A stretch of DNA of 64,000 bases from an uncultured Pseudomonadales bacterium (GCA_964637295.1 CAZWWE010000001.1:252312-316311); one strand, 5' to 3'; counted from the stretch's first letter, positions 44,170 to 53,955 are shown. The notes: generated from the sequence alone by a model not told the origin. A program made the numbers and translations.

Positions 44170-46209
44170 ATGCCAAGTCAAAACTTGCCCAAACCCAATC
44201 TGCCTGGTCAAAGTAGCCCAGTGAGCCAGAGCGACGCTGTTTCACAGCTTAATGCTTTGACTCAAGCTAACGCGCAGACAGTGTTTAGTCAAACAGCTCC
44301 TCAACCTCAGCAATTACAAAAAACCAATTTCGGAGCACAAGTCGTTCCTGGTGGCTTATCCAGAGAAAATCCTGGTGGCACACCACCCAACATGAAAGTG
44401 GCGGCACCAGCGCCGACTTTAACTCAAGAACAAATTGCTGCTCAAAATACTGTAATCGACCAAAACAAGCAACCTTTAGCAAGCATTTCTAATAGTCGTC
44501 CGCTTGGTCCTTTGGACCAAATCTCTTTGGGCGTGAAAACCAATTCTGCTTCAACTAGTGCTGCTGCGACCAGTACTGCTGCGACTGCTCAAGTTAATCA
44601 ATCAGCCCAGCCAGCTCAAGCATCACCAACTTTGGCACCTTCAACGCCTTCGACGCCAATTAGTACGCCAACTAATATCCCGATTAGTACGTCAAAGAGT
44701 GCTGCGACAAGTTTACCTGCCGTTGCGCCAGCCGCCGCCAAAACCCCCGCTTTTACATCTCCTGCAGCGACTAGTAAGACCTCAAATATCCAACCTGAGC
44801 AGATTGGTCAAACTGCAAATAAAGCGACCGGTATTTTAAGCAAATTCAAAAACAAAAAGTTTTTATTGACCCTATTGATTGGGGGAGGAATTTTACTTTT
44901 AATTATTTTAATTGCTTTATTGTTTAATTCTTTCAAAGCTAAAACTAACACCAGCAAGGTTAAAACCTCCACGAACAGCGATAGCGGCACCACTGCTACT
45001 GGTAATAGTACGGGACAAATTAGCACCATTACTTATTGGGGCTTATGGGAAGATAGCCAAATTTTGAAAGAAGTGATCGCTGATTTTGAAAGTAAAAATC
45101 CAAGCATTAAGATTGATTATCGTAAACAATCTCATCGTGATTACCGCGAAAGACTCCAACAAGCCATTCTTTCTGGTAACGGCCCAGATATTTTTCGCTA
45201 TCACGTCACTTGGACCTCGATGCTAGGCGCCGACTTAGCTCCAATGCCAGCCAATGTAATGAGTGTGGCTCAGTACAAAGAGATTTTTTATCCCACTGCC
45301 TACAATAATTTGCAGGTGGGCGGGCAAATTGTAGGTATTCCCTTGATGTATGATGGTCTAGCGCTGTTTTATAACAAAGAAATGTTGAAAACAGCCAATA
45401 TCGAGGTGCCTAAAACTTGGGCAGAACTGCGCACTGCCGCTAATAAATTAACTGTACCAGCAAACCCAAGTGAGCGCTCTAATTTAGTGAGAGCAGGTTT
45501 GGCCATTGGTAATGCGGGCAACGTCGACCATTTTTCTGACATTTTGGCTCTACTGATTATTCAAAATGGAGGCAATCCCGCTGAGGCTACTAGCCAATAT
45601 GTCAAAGATGCGATTACTTTTTACACTAACTTTGTTAAACAAGACAAAGTTTGGTCAGATCGACTTGCTAATTCCACCACCGCCTTTGCCAAGGGTGATG
45701 TGGCGATGATTTTTGCTCCTTCATGGAGAATTCATGACATTAAAGCCATCAACCCACAATTAGACTTTGCAGTGGCGAGAGTGCCGCAGCTCAACAGTGA
45801 AAGTCCAGTTAGTTGGGCTACCTTTTGGGCTGAGGGAGTGAGTAATAAAAGTAAAAACAAAGAAGCAGCTTGGGCCTTTTTGAAATATTTATCAACTCCA
45901 GAAGTGTTGCGTAAATTTTATAATAGTGCCAGTCAATACCGAGCCTTTGGCGAAATTTACCCACGCATCGACATGACGAGTGAACTCCAAAACAGTGACA
46001 CTGTGGCGGCCTATGTCGAAGATGCGCCTTTGGCGAAAACTTGGTCTATGGCAAGCTTTACTCATGATAACGGAATTAATGATCAAATCATTAAATATTA
46101 TGAAGATGCGGTCAACGCTGTTTTGTCTGGTGCTGATGTTAACAAAGCATTGGAAACCACTAAAACAGGCATTAGCACCGTGATTAGCAAGTACTCAAGT
46201 TCTAAATAA
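44170..46209 (+). CDS. ABC transporter extracellular solute-binding protein (family 1) with ~225-aa low-complexity N-terminal region and TM anchor
   Basis: Ser/Thr/Ala/Pro-rich N-terminus. TM FLLTLLIGGGILLLIILIALLF. Then an SBP_bac_1-like domain (ITYWGLWEDSQILKEVIADFESKNPSIKIDY..). Confidence 0.6.
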   Translation: MPSQNLPKPNLPGQSSPVSQSDAVSQLNALTQANAQTVFSQTAPQPQQLQKTNFGAQVVPGGLSRENPGGTPPNMKVAAPAPTLTQEQIAAQNTVIDQNKQPLASISNSRPLGPLDQISLGVKTNSASTSAAATSTAATAQVNQSAQPAQASPTLAPSTPSTPISTPTNIPISTSKSAATSLPAVAPAAAKTPAFTSPAATSKTSNIQPEQIGQTANKATGILSKFKNKKFLLTLLIGGGILLLIILIALLFNSFKAKTNTSKVKTSTNSDSGTTATGNSTGQISTITYWGLWEDSQILKEVIADFESKNPSIKIDYRKQSHRDYRERLQQAILSGNGPDIFRYHVTWTSMLGADLAPMPANVMSVAQYKEIFYPTAYNNLQVGGQIVGIPLMYDGLALFYNKEMLKTANIEVPKTWAELRTAANKLTVPANPSERSNLVRAGLAIGNAGNVDHFSDILALLIIQNGGNPAEATSQYVKDAITFYTNFVKQDKVWSDRLANSTTAFAKGDVAMIFAPSWRIHDIKAINPQLDFAVARVPQLNSESPVSWATFWAEGVSNKSKNKEAAWAFLKYLSTPEVLRKFYNSASQYRAFGEIYPRIDMTSELQNSDTVAAYVEDAPLAKTWSMASFTHDNGINDQIIKYYEDAVNAVLSGADVNKALETTKTGISTVISKYSSSK

Positions 46210-46215
46210 GTTTTA

Positions 46216-47286
46216 TCAAATTAGCTGCAAAAGACTGTTGGCCAATTTTTGTTTGTGATGGCGAATTAAACTTCTGTTTTGCGCATCATTTTGATCTTTT
46301 TGTACCAAAGTAGTGGAAAGCAAATCTTGGCGGATAAATCTCGAACTATTTTCTATTGGCAAATCATCAACGATAGGCAAATCACCAGCTGCTTGATAAA
46401 GTTTGAGAATTTTTTCCGGCAATGGACTGTTGTTGATTAAAACATAATCTGGTTTGCGCTGGCAATATTTTTCCACTTCACGCAAGTGATCACTGGCGGT
46501 CATTTGAAAAGTTTGAGAAAAATGAGTGACTAGGTTGCTGACATAAACAAATTTGCCGCCGCGTGCTTGATTTTTCAATAAGGCAGTTACAAAGCCGTCA
46601 ACTAAAGCATGCGGCAATAAACTGCCGTATAAATCTCCTGGACCCAAAACAATCAAATCAGCCTCGACAATAGTTTGTGCAGCTTTTTCATAAATTTTGG
46701 CAGTTTGATCTAGAGTGATTTGAGCAATTTTTTTGCCTCCGAAGCGTGGATCATCAAGATTTTTTTCACCTACTACCATTTGTCCATCTTCGTAGTGAAT
46801 TACCAGATGCACGCTATCTTCACTAATCGGTAAAACTTTGCCATTGATGCGAAAAATTTTGGAAGCGACTTCCACGGCTTTGCTAGCTGAACCCGTTAGA
46901 CTTTCGAGTGAAGTGAGAATTAAATTGCCCAGATTGTGACCTTGTAAACTAGAATTTTGTTCGAAACGATAGAGCAAAAGTTGGCGAATTTCTTTTTCAT
47001 TTTCACCAGTCGCCAGGGCCGCAATGCACTGGCGCAGATCACCAACAGGTAAAAAACCAAATTCATCTCTCAATCTGCCTGTTGAGCCACCATTATCTGA
47101 AACAACAATCACGGCACTCAAATCGATGTCAGCATAGTTTTTTAATCCAGCGAGCACGACGGCGCTTCCTGTTCCACCACCGATGGCAACAATTTTTTTC
47201 ATAAGCTTTGAGCCCAATTGTACTTCAAAGCAGCGGCGTGTTAAACTTGGATTTAATTCTAAGAGGGGCGAAGATTCGTTTTTCAT
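46216..47286 (-). CDS. YvcK/CofD-like gluconeogenesis factor family protein (UPF0052)
   Basis: KIVAIGGGTGSAVVLAGLKNY and SDNGGSTGRLR motifs. Confidence 0.75.
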   Translation of the reverse strand: MKNESSPLLELNPSLTRRCFEVQLGSKLMKKIVAIGGGTGSAVVLAGLKNYADIDLSAVIVVSDNGGSTGRLRDEFGFLPVGDLRQCIAALATGENEKEIRQLLLYRFEQNSSLQGHNLGNLILTSLESLTGSASKAVEVASKIFRINGKVLPISEDSVHLVIHYEDGQMVVGEKNLDDPRFGGKKIAQITLDQTAKIYEKAAQTIVEADLIVLGPGDLYGSLLPHALVDGFVTALLKNQARGGKFVYVSNLVTHFSQTFQMTASDHLREVEKYCQRKPDYVLINNSPLPEKILKLYQAAGDLPIVDDLPIENSSRFIRQDLLSTTLVQKDQNDAQNRSLIRHHKQKLANSLLQLI

Positions 47287-47755
47287 GTCAAATTTAGCAA
47301 CATTTTTAACTCAACGCAAAAATTTAGGAAAAACTTTAACTTTAGTGACGGGAGTTTTTGATATCTTGCATGAAGAACATCAAAAATTTTTGCAAAAAGC
47401 TAAAAACTTAGGCGATTTATTGCTGGTGGGACTCGAATCAGATTTGAGAGTTAGGCAGATGAAAGGGGAAGGGCGACCAATCAATCAGCAAGCAATTCGC
47501 TTAGCAAATTTACAAAAACTAGAGCTTGCAGATTTTGTTTTTATTTTGCCAGAGAAATTTTCTCAAACAGCAGATCATCGACAATTAATTGCCCAAATCA
47601 AGCCAGACTTTATGGCGGTTTCCGCCAATACGCTTTTCCAAAAAGAAAAAGCGCGAATTTTAGCGGAATTTTCTGCTAAGCTAGTAGTGGTGCATGATTT
47701 TAATCCAGCAGTCTCTTCGAGTCAAATTATTAAAAACATTTTGCAGAAAGGATAA
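47285..47755 (+). CDS. Cytidylyltransferase-like nucleotidyltransferase (HxGH-type, variant HEEH)
   Basis: LVTGVFDILHEEHQKFLQKAKNLGDLLLVGLESD. The start ATG at 47285 overlaps the divergent start codon of the YvcK-like gene. The track ORF begins at 47183 inside that gene. Confidence 0.5.
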   Translation: MSNLATFLTQRKNLGKTLTLVTGVFDILHEEHQKFLQKAKNLGDLLLVGLESDLRVRQMKGEGRPINQQAIRLANLQKLELADFVFILPEKFSQTADHRQLIAQIKPDFMAVSANTLFQKEKARILAEFSAKLVVVHDFNPAVSSSQIIKNILQKG

Positions 47756-47757
47756 CG

Positions 47758-48069
47758 ATGAAAAAACTCATTATTATTTTATTGGTTTTAGCGGCTTTTT
47801 TTGCTTTGGGCGCGATTGCTCTCAATAAATTCAAAGCCACTGTGCCTGCCTCAACTTCATCAACTGTTCAGCAAAAAGTGGGGACTACTACTAAAACTGG
47901 CACCATTTCTGTCAGTAACAATATTTTTTATTTACAAGAAGCCGGCCAAACACCCAAAGAAATTGATAGTTACACCGTTGATCTTGGTCAGTATGTTGGT
48001 CAAAGCGTGACTGTGAGCGGCCAATATAGTGGCGACACTCTTTTCGTGGGTAGCGTTGTAACAAAATAA
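47758..48069 (+). CDS. Small secreted hypothetical protein
   Basis: Signal peptide MKKLIIILLVLAAFFALGAIA followed by a Thr/Ser-rich region. Confidence 0.35.
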   Translation: MKKLIIILLVLAAFFALGAIALNKFKATVPASTSSTVQQKVGTTTKTGTISVSNNIFYLQEAGQTPKEIDSYTVDLGQYVGQSVTVSGQYSGDTLFVGSVVTK

Positions 48070-48071
48070 TT

Positions 48072-49496
48072 ATGTCTAAAGCCAAATCTCATTTTCGTTG
48101 TCAAAACTGTGGAGCGAGTTTTCCGAAGTGGTCAGGCCAATGTGCCGAATGTGGAACTTGGAATACTTTAGTTGAAGAAGTTTTACCCACTCCAACCGTT
48201 GATCGTCGCTCACAAAGCAGAAATTCTTTAAGTGAGGCCGAAATTGCAGAAAAAAGCATAGTTTTCTCTCGAGTGAAGCGATCAGAAGCCTCAAAACAGC
48301 GTTTTTCGACTAGCATTGGGGAATTGGATCGAGTGTTGGGCGGTGGTTTAGTGGCCGGCATGGTAGTTTTGTTGGGTGGCGAGCCGGGCATTGGCAAATC
48401 AACTTTGTTAACGCAGATGATTTTACAAATTTTGCGTTTAAGAAAAGATGCGCCCAAAAATCTTAAGCCGCTAAAAATCTTTTATGTGGCCGGTGAAGAG
48501 AGTCCATCACAAATTTCACTTAGAATCGATCGATTCTTGGATAATGAACAGCATAGCTACTCCAAAGATGACATTGGTGAGAGTTTAGTTTTTATCACTA
48601 CTACCGATGTAGATGAATTAACCTTTTTGATTAAGAAAGAAAAGCCAGATTTGCTGATTGTGGATAGTATTCAATCTTTATCGACAAGTTTTCTCACGGG
48701 GGCGAGTGGGAGCGTGGGACAAATTAGAGAAGTGGCCGATCGCATTATTAATACCGTCAAAGCTTTCGGGATCCCCACTTTTTTAATTGGCCACATTACC
48801 AAAGATGGAGTGATTGCCGGACCTAAGATTTTTGAACACATGGTTGATACAGTTTTGCTATTAGAGGGCGAAAGATCCGACCAATTACGTATGCTAAGAT
48901 CGCTCAAAAATCGCTTTGGAGCTACTGATGAAGTGGGTCTTTTTCAAAGTGAAGACTATGGCCTCAGGGAAATTAGTAATCCTAGTGAATTGTTTTTAGA
49001 AAACAGCAATCAATTGGTAGTCGGAGCGGCCACAGTTTGTTTGATGGAAGGCACACGCCCTTTACTCGCTGAAGTACAAGCACTAGTGGTCAAGTCACAA
49101 CTAGCCATGCCACGTAGAGTAGGGAGAGGAGTAGATTTGGCTCGCATTCAGGTTTTGTCGGCGGTCTTGCAGAAGCACGCCAATCTTCCTTTGGCTTTTT
49201 ATGATATTTTTCTAAGTGTGGCCGGTGGTTTCCGCATCAAAGAAGCCAGCGTCGATTTGGGTCTGGCAGTCTCTATCGCTAGTTCACTTACGAGTAAAAA
49301 AATACCTCAAAATACTGTTTTTATCGGAGAAATCGGTTTGCTTGGAGAGATTAGAAAAACCCCATATTTTGAACGCAGAGCCAAAGAAGCCCGAAGATTG
49401 GGCTTTAAGAAAATCATTTCACGAGAAACGCACGGGAATATTAGAGAGTTGTTAAAAGATTTAGGACTTTTGCAAAAGGGAACTAAAAATGAATAA
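48072..49496 (+). CDS. radA: DNA repair protein RadA/Sms
   Basis: N-terminal zinc finger CQNCGASFPKWSGQCAECGTW. Walker A GGEPGIGKSTLL. KNRFG motif (LRSLKNRFGATDEVGLF). Lon-like C-terminal domain. Confidence 0.85.
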   Translation: MSKAKSHFRCQNCGASFPKWSGQCAECGTWNTLVEEVLPTPTVDRRSQSRNSLSEAEIAEKSIVFSRVKRSEASKQRFSTSIGELDRVLGGGLVAGMVVLLGGEPGIGKSTLLTQMILQILRLRKDAPKNLKPLKIFYVAGEESPSQISLRIDRFLDNEQHSYSKDDIGESLVFITTTDVDELTFLIKKEKPDLLIVDSIQSLSTSFLTGASGSVGQIREVADRIINTVKAFGIPTFLIGHITKDGVIAGPKIFEHMVDTVLLLEGERSDQLRMLRSLKNRFGATDEVGLFQSEDYGLREISNPSELFLENSNQLVVGAATVCLMEGTRPLLAEVQALVVKSQLAMPRRVGRGVDLARIQVLSAVLQKHANLPLAFYDIFLSVAGGFRIKEASVDLGLAVSIASSLTSKKIPQNTVFIGEIGLLGEIRKTPYFERRAKEARRLGFKKIISRETHGNIRELLKDLGLLQKGTKNE

Positions 49497-49549
49497 ACAA
49501 ATATTTGTTTGACAAACTGTAGCTTAAGTGTTACAGTTTTCATGTATGA

Positions 49550-49857
49550 GCCTTGTTACTATACTCAAAACCAACGTTTTTGAGAAATGATTTGATAAGC
49601 TCAAAGATCGTCAGGCCAAAAGCATCATTCTTATACATATTGGCAGAATGACTGACAATAATTTTGGTGTCACTAAATCAGTGGGAAGTGGTATTTTTGA
49701 AAAAAAAATTTACTACGGACCAGGATATCGACTATATTATTGTTGTCAGGGAAAAGCATGGGTGTTACTTTTGTGCGGTGGGGACAAGTCGACGCAAAAA
49801 ACAGATGTTAAAGAAGCAAAACAAATTAAGGAAAATATATTATGTCTAAAAAAATAA
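49550..49857 (+). pseudogene. HigB/RelE-like addiction-module killer protein, apparently frameshifted or N-terminally truncated
   Basis: In-frame ATG ORF 49648..49857 encodes ...GVTKSVGSGIFEKKIYYGPGYRLYYCCQGKAWVLLLCGGDKSTQKTDVKEAK, the conserved C-terminal two-thirds of the killer family. A killer-family N-terminus (..TFLRNDLISSKIVRPKASFLYILAE*) lies in another frame at 49550..49654 with no ATG. Confidence 0.5.
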
Positions 49858-50180
49858 CTGTCACTCCATTTGATACTGCTAATTATCTCAACACTTCGGC
49901 AGACGTTGATAGTTATCTCAAGGCAGCCTTTGCTGATGGCGACCCAAAAGTCATTGTCCGCGCACTCGGAGATGTAGCTCGTGCTCGCAATATGACTAAA
50001 CTTGCCCGAGTCGCCAAGGTACATCGGGTGCACTTATATCGTGCGCTATCTATCGATGGAGATCCCAAGCTTAGCACGCTTAGCAGCATCATGTCTGCTT
50101 TAGGTTATCGACTATCATTTCGACGGGAAGCCGCTCCTCAATCATTGCTCAAGCTTTCTGAAAAGGCAAAAGCAGAATAG
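49842..50180 (+). CDS. HigA-like addiction-module antidote protein (XRE-type HTH)
   Basis: MSKKITVTPFDTANYLNTSADVDSYLKAAFADGDPKVIVRALGDVARARNMTKLA matches the 'probable addiction module antidote' family. Overlaps the toxin ORF by 16 nt. Confidence 0.7.
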   Translation: MSKKITVTPFDTANYLNTSADVDSYLKAAFADGDPKVIVRALGDVARARNMTKLARVAKVHRVHLYRALSIDGDPKLSTLSSIMSALGYRLSFRREAAPQSLLKLSEKAKAE

Positions 50181-50257
50181 GCTTAACAAAACCTCATAGA
50201 ATTCATTTTTTTTAACTTTTCACGACGTTGGGATTTACAATCAGGTTTATTAATTCC

Positions 50258-52486
50258 TTATAAATTCCTCTTCTTAGCGTATCTTTCACGACTATTGCGA
50301 ATCACTTTATCGCGATTTTGGTTGCTACTTTTAGCCAAGGGCAAAGTATAAGCAGGGAAGGGGCGACTGAGCACATTGTCGATGGAGATTTTGTTAATGA
50401 TTTGGTATTTATCCAAATTAACTAAGTCATCTTGAGTGTATAAATCACCATACTCAGCTTGAAAATAGGTAGCGTCACCAGCCCCCATGACAAAACTCAT
50501 GATGTTGCCACAGTTGCCAAAAATAGCTTGGCGCACTTCTTCTGGAATTTGATCAATATATTGATTGGCTAGAGTCAGATTAAGGCGATATTTACGGGCT
50601 TCAGAAAGAATTTTGATGAAAGCATCAGTTGCAAAATTTTGAAATTCATCGACGTAAAGATAAAAGTCGCGGCGTTTTTCTTCTGGAGTATTAACTCTAG
50701 CCATGGCGGCTAACTGAATTTTGGTGATCATCATCGCGCCAAGAAGAGTAGCGTTGTCTTCACCAAGCCGACCCTGAGATAAATTGACCAATAGAATTTT
50801 GCCTTGACTCATTAAGTCCTCAATACTAAAAGAAGATTGAGTGGTGTTGACGACATTACGGACAATTGGCGAAGAAACAAACTGGCCCACTTTATTAAGA
50901 ATAGAGGCGATGGATTCAGTGCGTTGACGCTCTTGCATCTTATTGTATTCATTAATCCAGAAATTTTTTAAGATCGGATCATCAAGCTTTTCGACGATAT
51001 TGTCGCGAAATTTCTTATTAGTCAATAGCTCGAGAATATCAGATAATTTAGCCTCTTTGCTTTTAAGTAGAGTTAATAAACAATTGCGTAAAATGTATTC
51101 AAGTCGAGGGCCCCAAGAGTAGCTATAAAGTTTTTGAAAAACTGAAATGATACCCGAAGCAATTAACTCACGATGAACAACATTTTCACCTTCAAAAAGA
51201 TTGATTTGCACGGTGCGTTCTTGATCAGCTGGGTCAAAGTAAATGACGTCATTAATGCGATGTTTGGGAATGTAATCAAGTAGGGTTTCAACTAAGTCGC
51301 CATGAGGATCGATGACGCACATGCCCTCGTTATGTTTGAGATCATTAATCGCCATGTTAGCGAGAAGAGTAGATTTACCGGTGCCAGTTTTGCCAATCAC
51401 ATAAAGATGGCGGCGACGGTCATTACGCAACAGACCATATTTGGTGTTGCGATTTTTATAAATGGTTTCAGCAATGACGTTAATGTTTTGGCGAATTTCT
51501 TCTGGCGTGTCTTGACCAACAATCGGCAAGTTTTCTGGTGCTTCGCCAAGCAATTTTTTGCCCCAAGTGATGTTGGGAATGTTGCTAAGTTTTTTACCAG
51601 GCAAATGAAAGAGAGTGGCGATTTCTTCTAGGCTTAAAATTAAACTGGGAGAAGCCTTGAAGCTTCGCTTTAGCATAGTTTTCAGAAAGGCTTTCTTAGC
51701 GAAATATCGTTTTTGCAATTGCAGAGCATTGCCTTCGCTTTGAGAAATAGCCTGATAAGCCGTGGCAATATTTTCCAGGATCAATTTGCTTTTTTGTGCT
51801 TGCTCGCTAAAAACTGCTATTTTGAAAGCAGCGCGCAAAGATCTTTGATTTAATTTTTGTTCAATTAGAGCTTTTTGCGGATGGAGAGAGAGGGCTTCTT
51901 GGGAGAGTGAAGCTTGTTGAGTAAAGGAAACTTCATTATCTAAGATTAATTGCAATAAAATTACGTCGTCGTCTTCATTTTTAGATAAAGTTGATAAAAG
52001 AGTAGCGAGTGGATCAAGCTCATTAAAGTCATGAAAAGTTTTGAGAGGTAAATAACTTTTGTTTTTAAGCTTTAAGCTCGCCAAACATGGCTTGATTGTA
52101 GTTTGGAGTCGATCAAGCAAAAGATCAGCTGGATCAAGCTGTAATTCGCTTAACACTGCTGCTGGATAACTAGCATGAAAAGCTCCCTTAAAATATTCAA
52201 GCAAACGCTCTGGCACACAAGCTAAAAAATGTAAGCGTTGTTTTTCTACCCAAATTTCAAAACTGATCGCTTCGGCTCGATTTAATAATTGATCCACAAA
52301 ATTGTTTTTTAAGTCTGGCAGAGTGGAGAGAAGTTGTACCGCCGCTTCTGCGGTTTCTTGACTATCTTTACTAGTTTTAATCTCGAGCAAGACATGATTT
52401 TTTAGCACAGCCCTAGTATAGCAAATCGCCTTCAGGCTGTCAGTTTGGCTGTCAGCGTGATGAAAAAGCTTTAACTTTATTAGCAA
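50258..52486 (-). CDS. VirD4/TrwB-like (AAA_10/TraG-D type) ATPase lacking N-terminal TMs
   Basis: Walker A HLYVIGKTGTGKSTLLANMAINDL and Walker B-like YLYVDEFQNFAT. 742 aa. No TM segments at the N-terminus. Confidence 0.5.
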   Translation of the reverse strand: MLIKLKLFHHADSQTDSLKAICYTRAVLKNHVLLEIKTSKDSQETAEAAVQLLSTLPDLKNNFVDQLLNRAEAISFEIWVEKQRLHFLACVPERLLEYFKGAFHASYPAAVLSELQLDPADLLLDRLQTTIKPCLASLKLKNKSYLPLKTFHDFNELDPLATLLSTLSKNEDDDVILLQLILDNEVSFTQQASLSQEALSLHPQKALIEQKLNQRSLRAAFKIAVFSEQAQKSKLILENIATAYQAISQSEGNALQLQKRYFAKKAFLKTMLKRSFKASPSLILSLEEIATLFHLPGKKLSNIPNITWGKKLLGEAPENLPIVGQDTPEEIRQNINVIAETIYKNRNTKYGLLRNDRRRHLYVIGKTGTGKSTLLANMAINDLKHNEGMCVIDPHGDLVETLLDYIPKHRINDVIYFDPADQERTVQINLFEGENVVHRELIASGIISVFQKLYSYSWGPRLEYILRNCLLTLLKSKEAKLSDILELLTNKKFRDNIVEKLDDPILKNFWINEYNKMQERQRTESIASILNKVGQFVSSPIVRNVVNTTQSSFSIEDLMSQGKILLVNLSQGRLGEDNATLLGAMMITKIQLAAMARVNTPEEKRRDFYLYVDEFQNFATDAFIKILSEARKYRLNLTLANQYIDQIPEEVRQAIFGNCGNIMSFVMGAGDATYFQAEYGDLYTQDDLVNLDKYQIINKISIDNVLSRPFPAYTLPLAKSSNQNRDKVIRNSRERYAKKRNL

Positions 52487-53019
52487 GTTGTTTAGAGTTT
52501 TCCCAAATTTTGCACATTTTTTACTTTGGCAAGCAAGTGTTGAAAAGTTATGAAAAATACTCTAGATTTTGTATAATAATAAAAATATAGGTCTAACAAA
52601 AAGAGAAGTATTAAAAGTTATAGGATATAATTGCTAATTGAAAAAAATATAGAATCAGCTATAATTCTCTATTAGTTCTTTAGAAATAATTTGTTTGAGG
52701 GAAAATGGTCTTTTCAATTTGTTTTTTGAATCACCAAATGGGTGTTTAAGCCAAGCGGTGGAGGATAAAAACAAAAAATCCATCCCGTTTAGGACTTGTT
52801 CTTAAGGCAGTCAAGAACCTAAACAAGATGGATCGTAGCGAACATTATTACCGCTGATGAATCACGAATAACAATGTAGCTTATTGTAGTTATCTCAAAA
52901 AGATAACTGATTGATTATAGACTAACATTTTCCCAGCAAATAGTAAATTATGCTTAACTGATATTATCTATATCAAAAATAGTATCAGCTCAATTGATTT
53001 TAAGAATTTTTTGCGAAAG

Positions 53020-53080
53020 TTCGGTAGTTGGGCAGGCAACCGAACTTTCGCAGAGAATTTTTCTACTTTTTGTTCTATAA
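53020..53080 (+). terminator. Stem-loop with downstream T-tract (candidate intrinsic terminator or oriT-like inverted repeat) in a 737-nt gene-free region
   Basis: GCGAAAGTTCGG-tagttgggcaggcaa-CCGAACTTTCGC (12-bp perfect stem) followed by agagaaTTTTTCTACTTTTTG. Confidence 0.35.
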
Positions 53081-53223
53081 TTTTTTTCAGGTGATAAAAT
53101 TTATGTTACCAGTGATCAAAATGGAGAGTCGCTGGTTGAATGGTTTCAAAAATTAGGAGAGGCAAGTAAATTTGTCGGAGTACCCTAAACAAACTATGTG
53201 GTTTATAATATGGTCTTACCAAT

Positions 53224-53955
53224 ATGCAAATAGAAAACAAAACAACTAGTCCAGAAAACGGACCTTCGGCCAAACTGGCACAAATAAAAACAACAATTAA
53301 AAGAATAATTTTAGGCTTGACTCTGGCCGCTACAATGACGTCTTGTGTATCAGAAGCCAATTCTTCTCAAGGTGCACAGCCAACTGGGACAGAGGGTGCG
53401 GTGCCTGCGGAAAAATATGATTATTATGGATATCTAGGAGAAACATATGGCATTGGACCAGAAGAAACAATGAAGTTAGTGGAAACTTTAAAGGAGATGG
53501 AATTAAAAGAAATTAAAACAGCTGATATCGATGGTTATTATTATGAGCTAAAAAAACCTTTAGAATTAAAATCCGATGGGTTATTTGTCAAGTTGACTGA
53601 AGAAAAGATTGCGGAAGATTTTAGTATTAAATTTTCTAGGTTGGCGGGCGTGGCTTTTAATTCACAAACAGGAGAATTTCATTTTCTTACTAAAAAAACC
53701 AACAATCATGTAATTGTTCCTGATGGTTCTTATATTGTTTTTATTCCTTCTGGAGTTAGCAATGAAGATGAGTGGAAAGCTTTTGCCGACCTCAACAAAT
53801 TTATCGATTCGCTTTTCTCTACAAAAAATACAAAGAGAAAAGAATTGCCTCTCATTCCTGAACCCACTGCAGAACCCAATTTAGAACCCACTGCAGAACC
53901 TACGCCAGTATTACCAGAAAATAATATTGATTTAGGTCAACCTGGAATAACCTAA
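53224..53955 (+). CDS. Putative lipoprotein with C-terminal EPTAEP repeats
   Basis: Signal peptide with lipobox-like LAATMTSC. C-terminal EPTAEPNLEPTAEPTPV repeats. Confidence 0.4.
   Translation: MQIENKTTSPENGPSAKLAQIKTTIKRIILGLTLAATMTSCVSEANSSQGAQPTGTEGAVPAEKYDYYGYLGETYGIGPEETMKLVETLKEMELKEIKTADIDGYYYELKKPLELKSDGLFVKLTEEKIAEDFSIKFSRLAGVAFNSQTGEFHFLTKKTNNHVIVPDGSYIVFIPSGVSNEDEWKAFADLNKFIDSLFSTKNTKRKELPLIPEPTAEPNLEPTAEPTPVLPENNIDLGQPGIT

Noticed and set aside
49664-49849. 61-aa ORF in an alternative frame over the toxin gene
   Set aside because: It overlaps the conserved killer-protein frame, and the product (…KKKFTTDQDIDYIIVVREKHGCYFCAVG…) has no family resemblance.
52487-53223. tmRNA, RNase P RNA, SRP RNA or tRNA in the large spacer
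   Set aside because: No tRNA-like 3' end (GGTTCGAAT…CCA), no RNase P P4 (AGGAAAGTCCGGGC), and no ALAA-type tag reading frame was found. Only generic hairpins are reported as a candidate.
53106-53360. 84-aa minus-strand ORF overlapping the start of the lipoprotein gene
   Set aside because: It overlaps the likely promoter and 5' end of a better-supported plus-strand gene. The product is hydrophobic and low-complexity.
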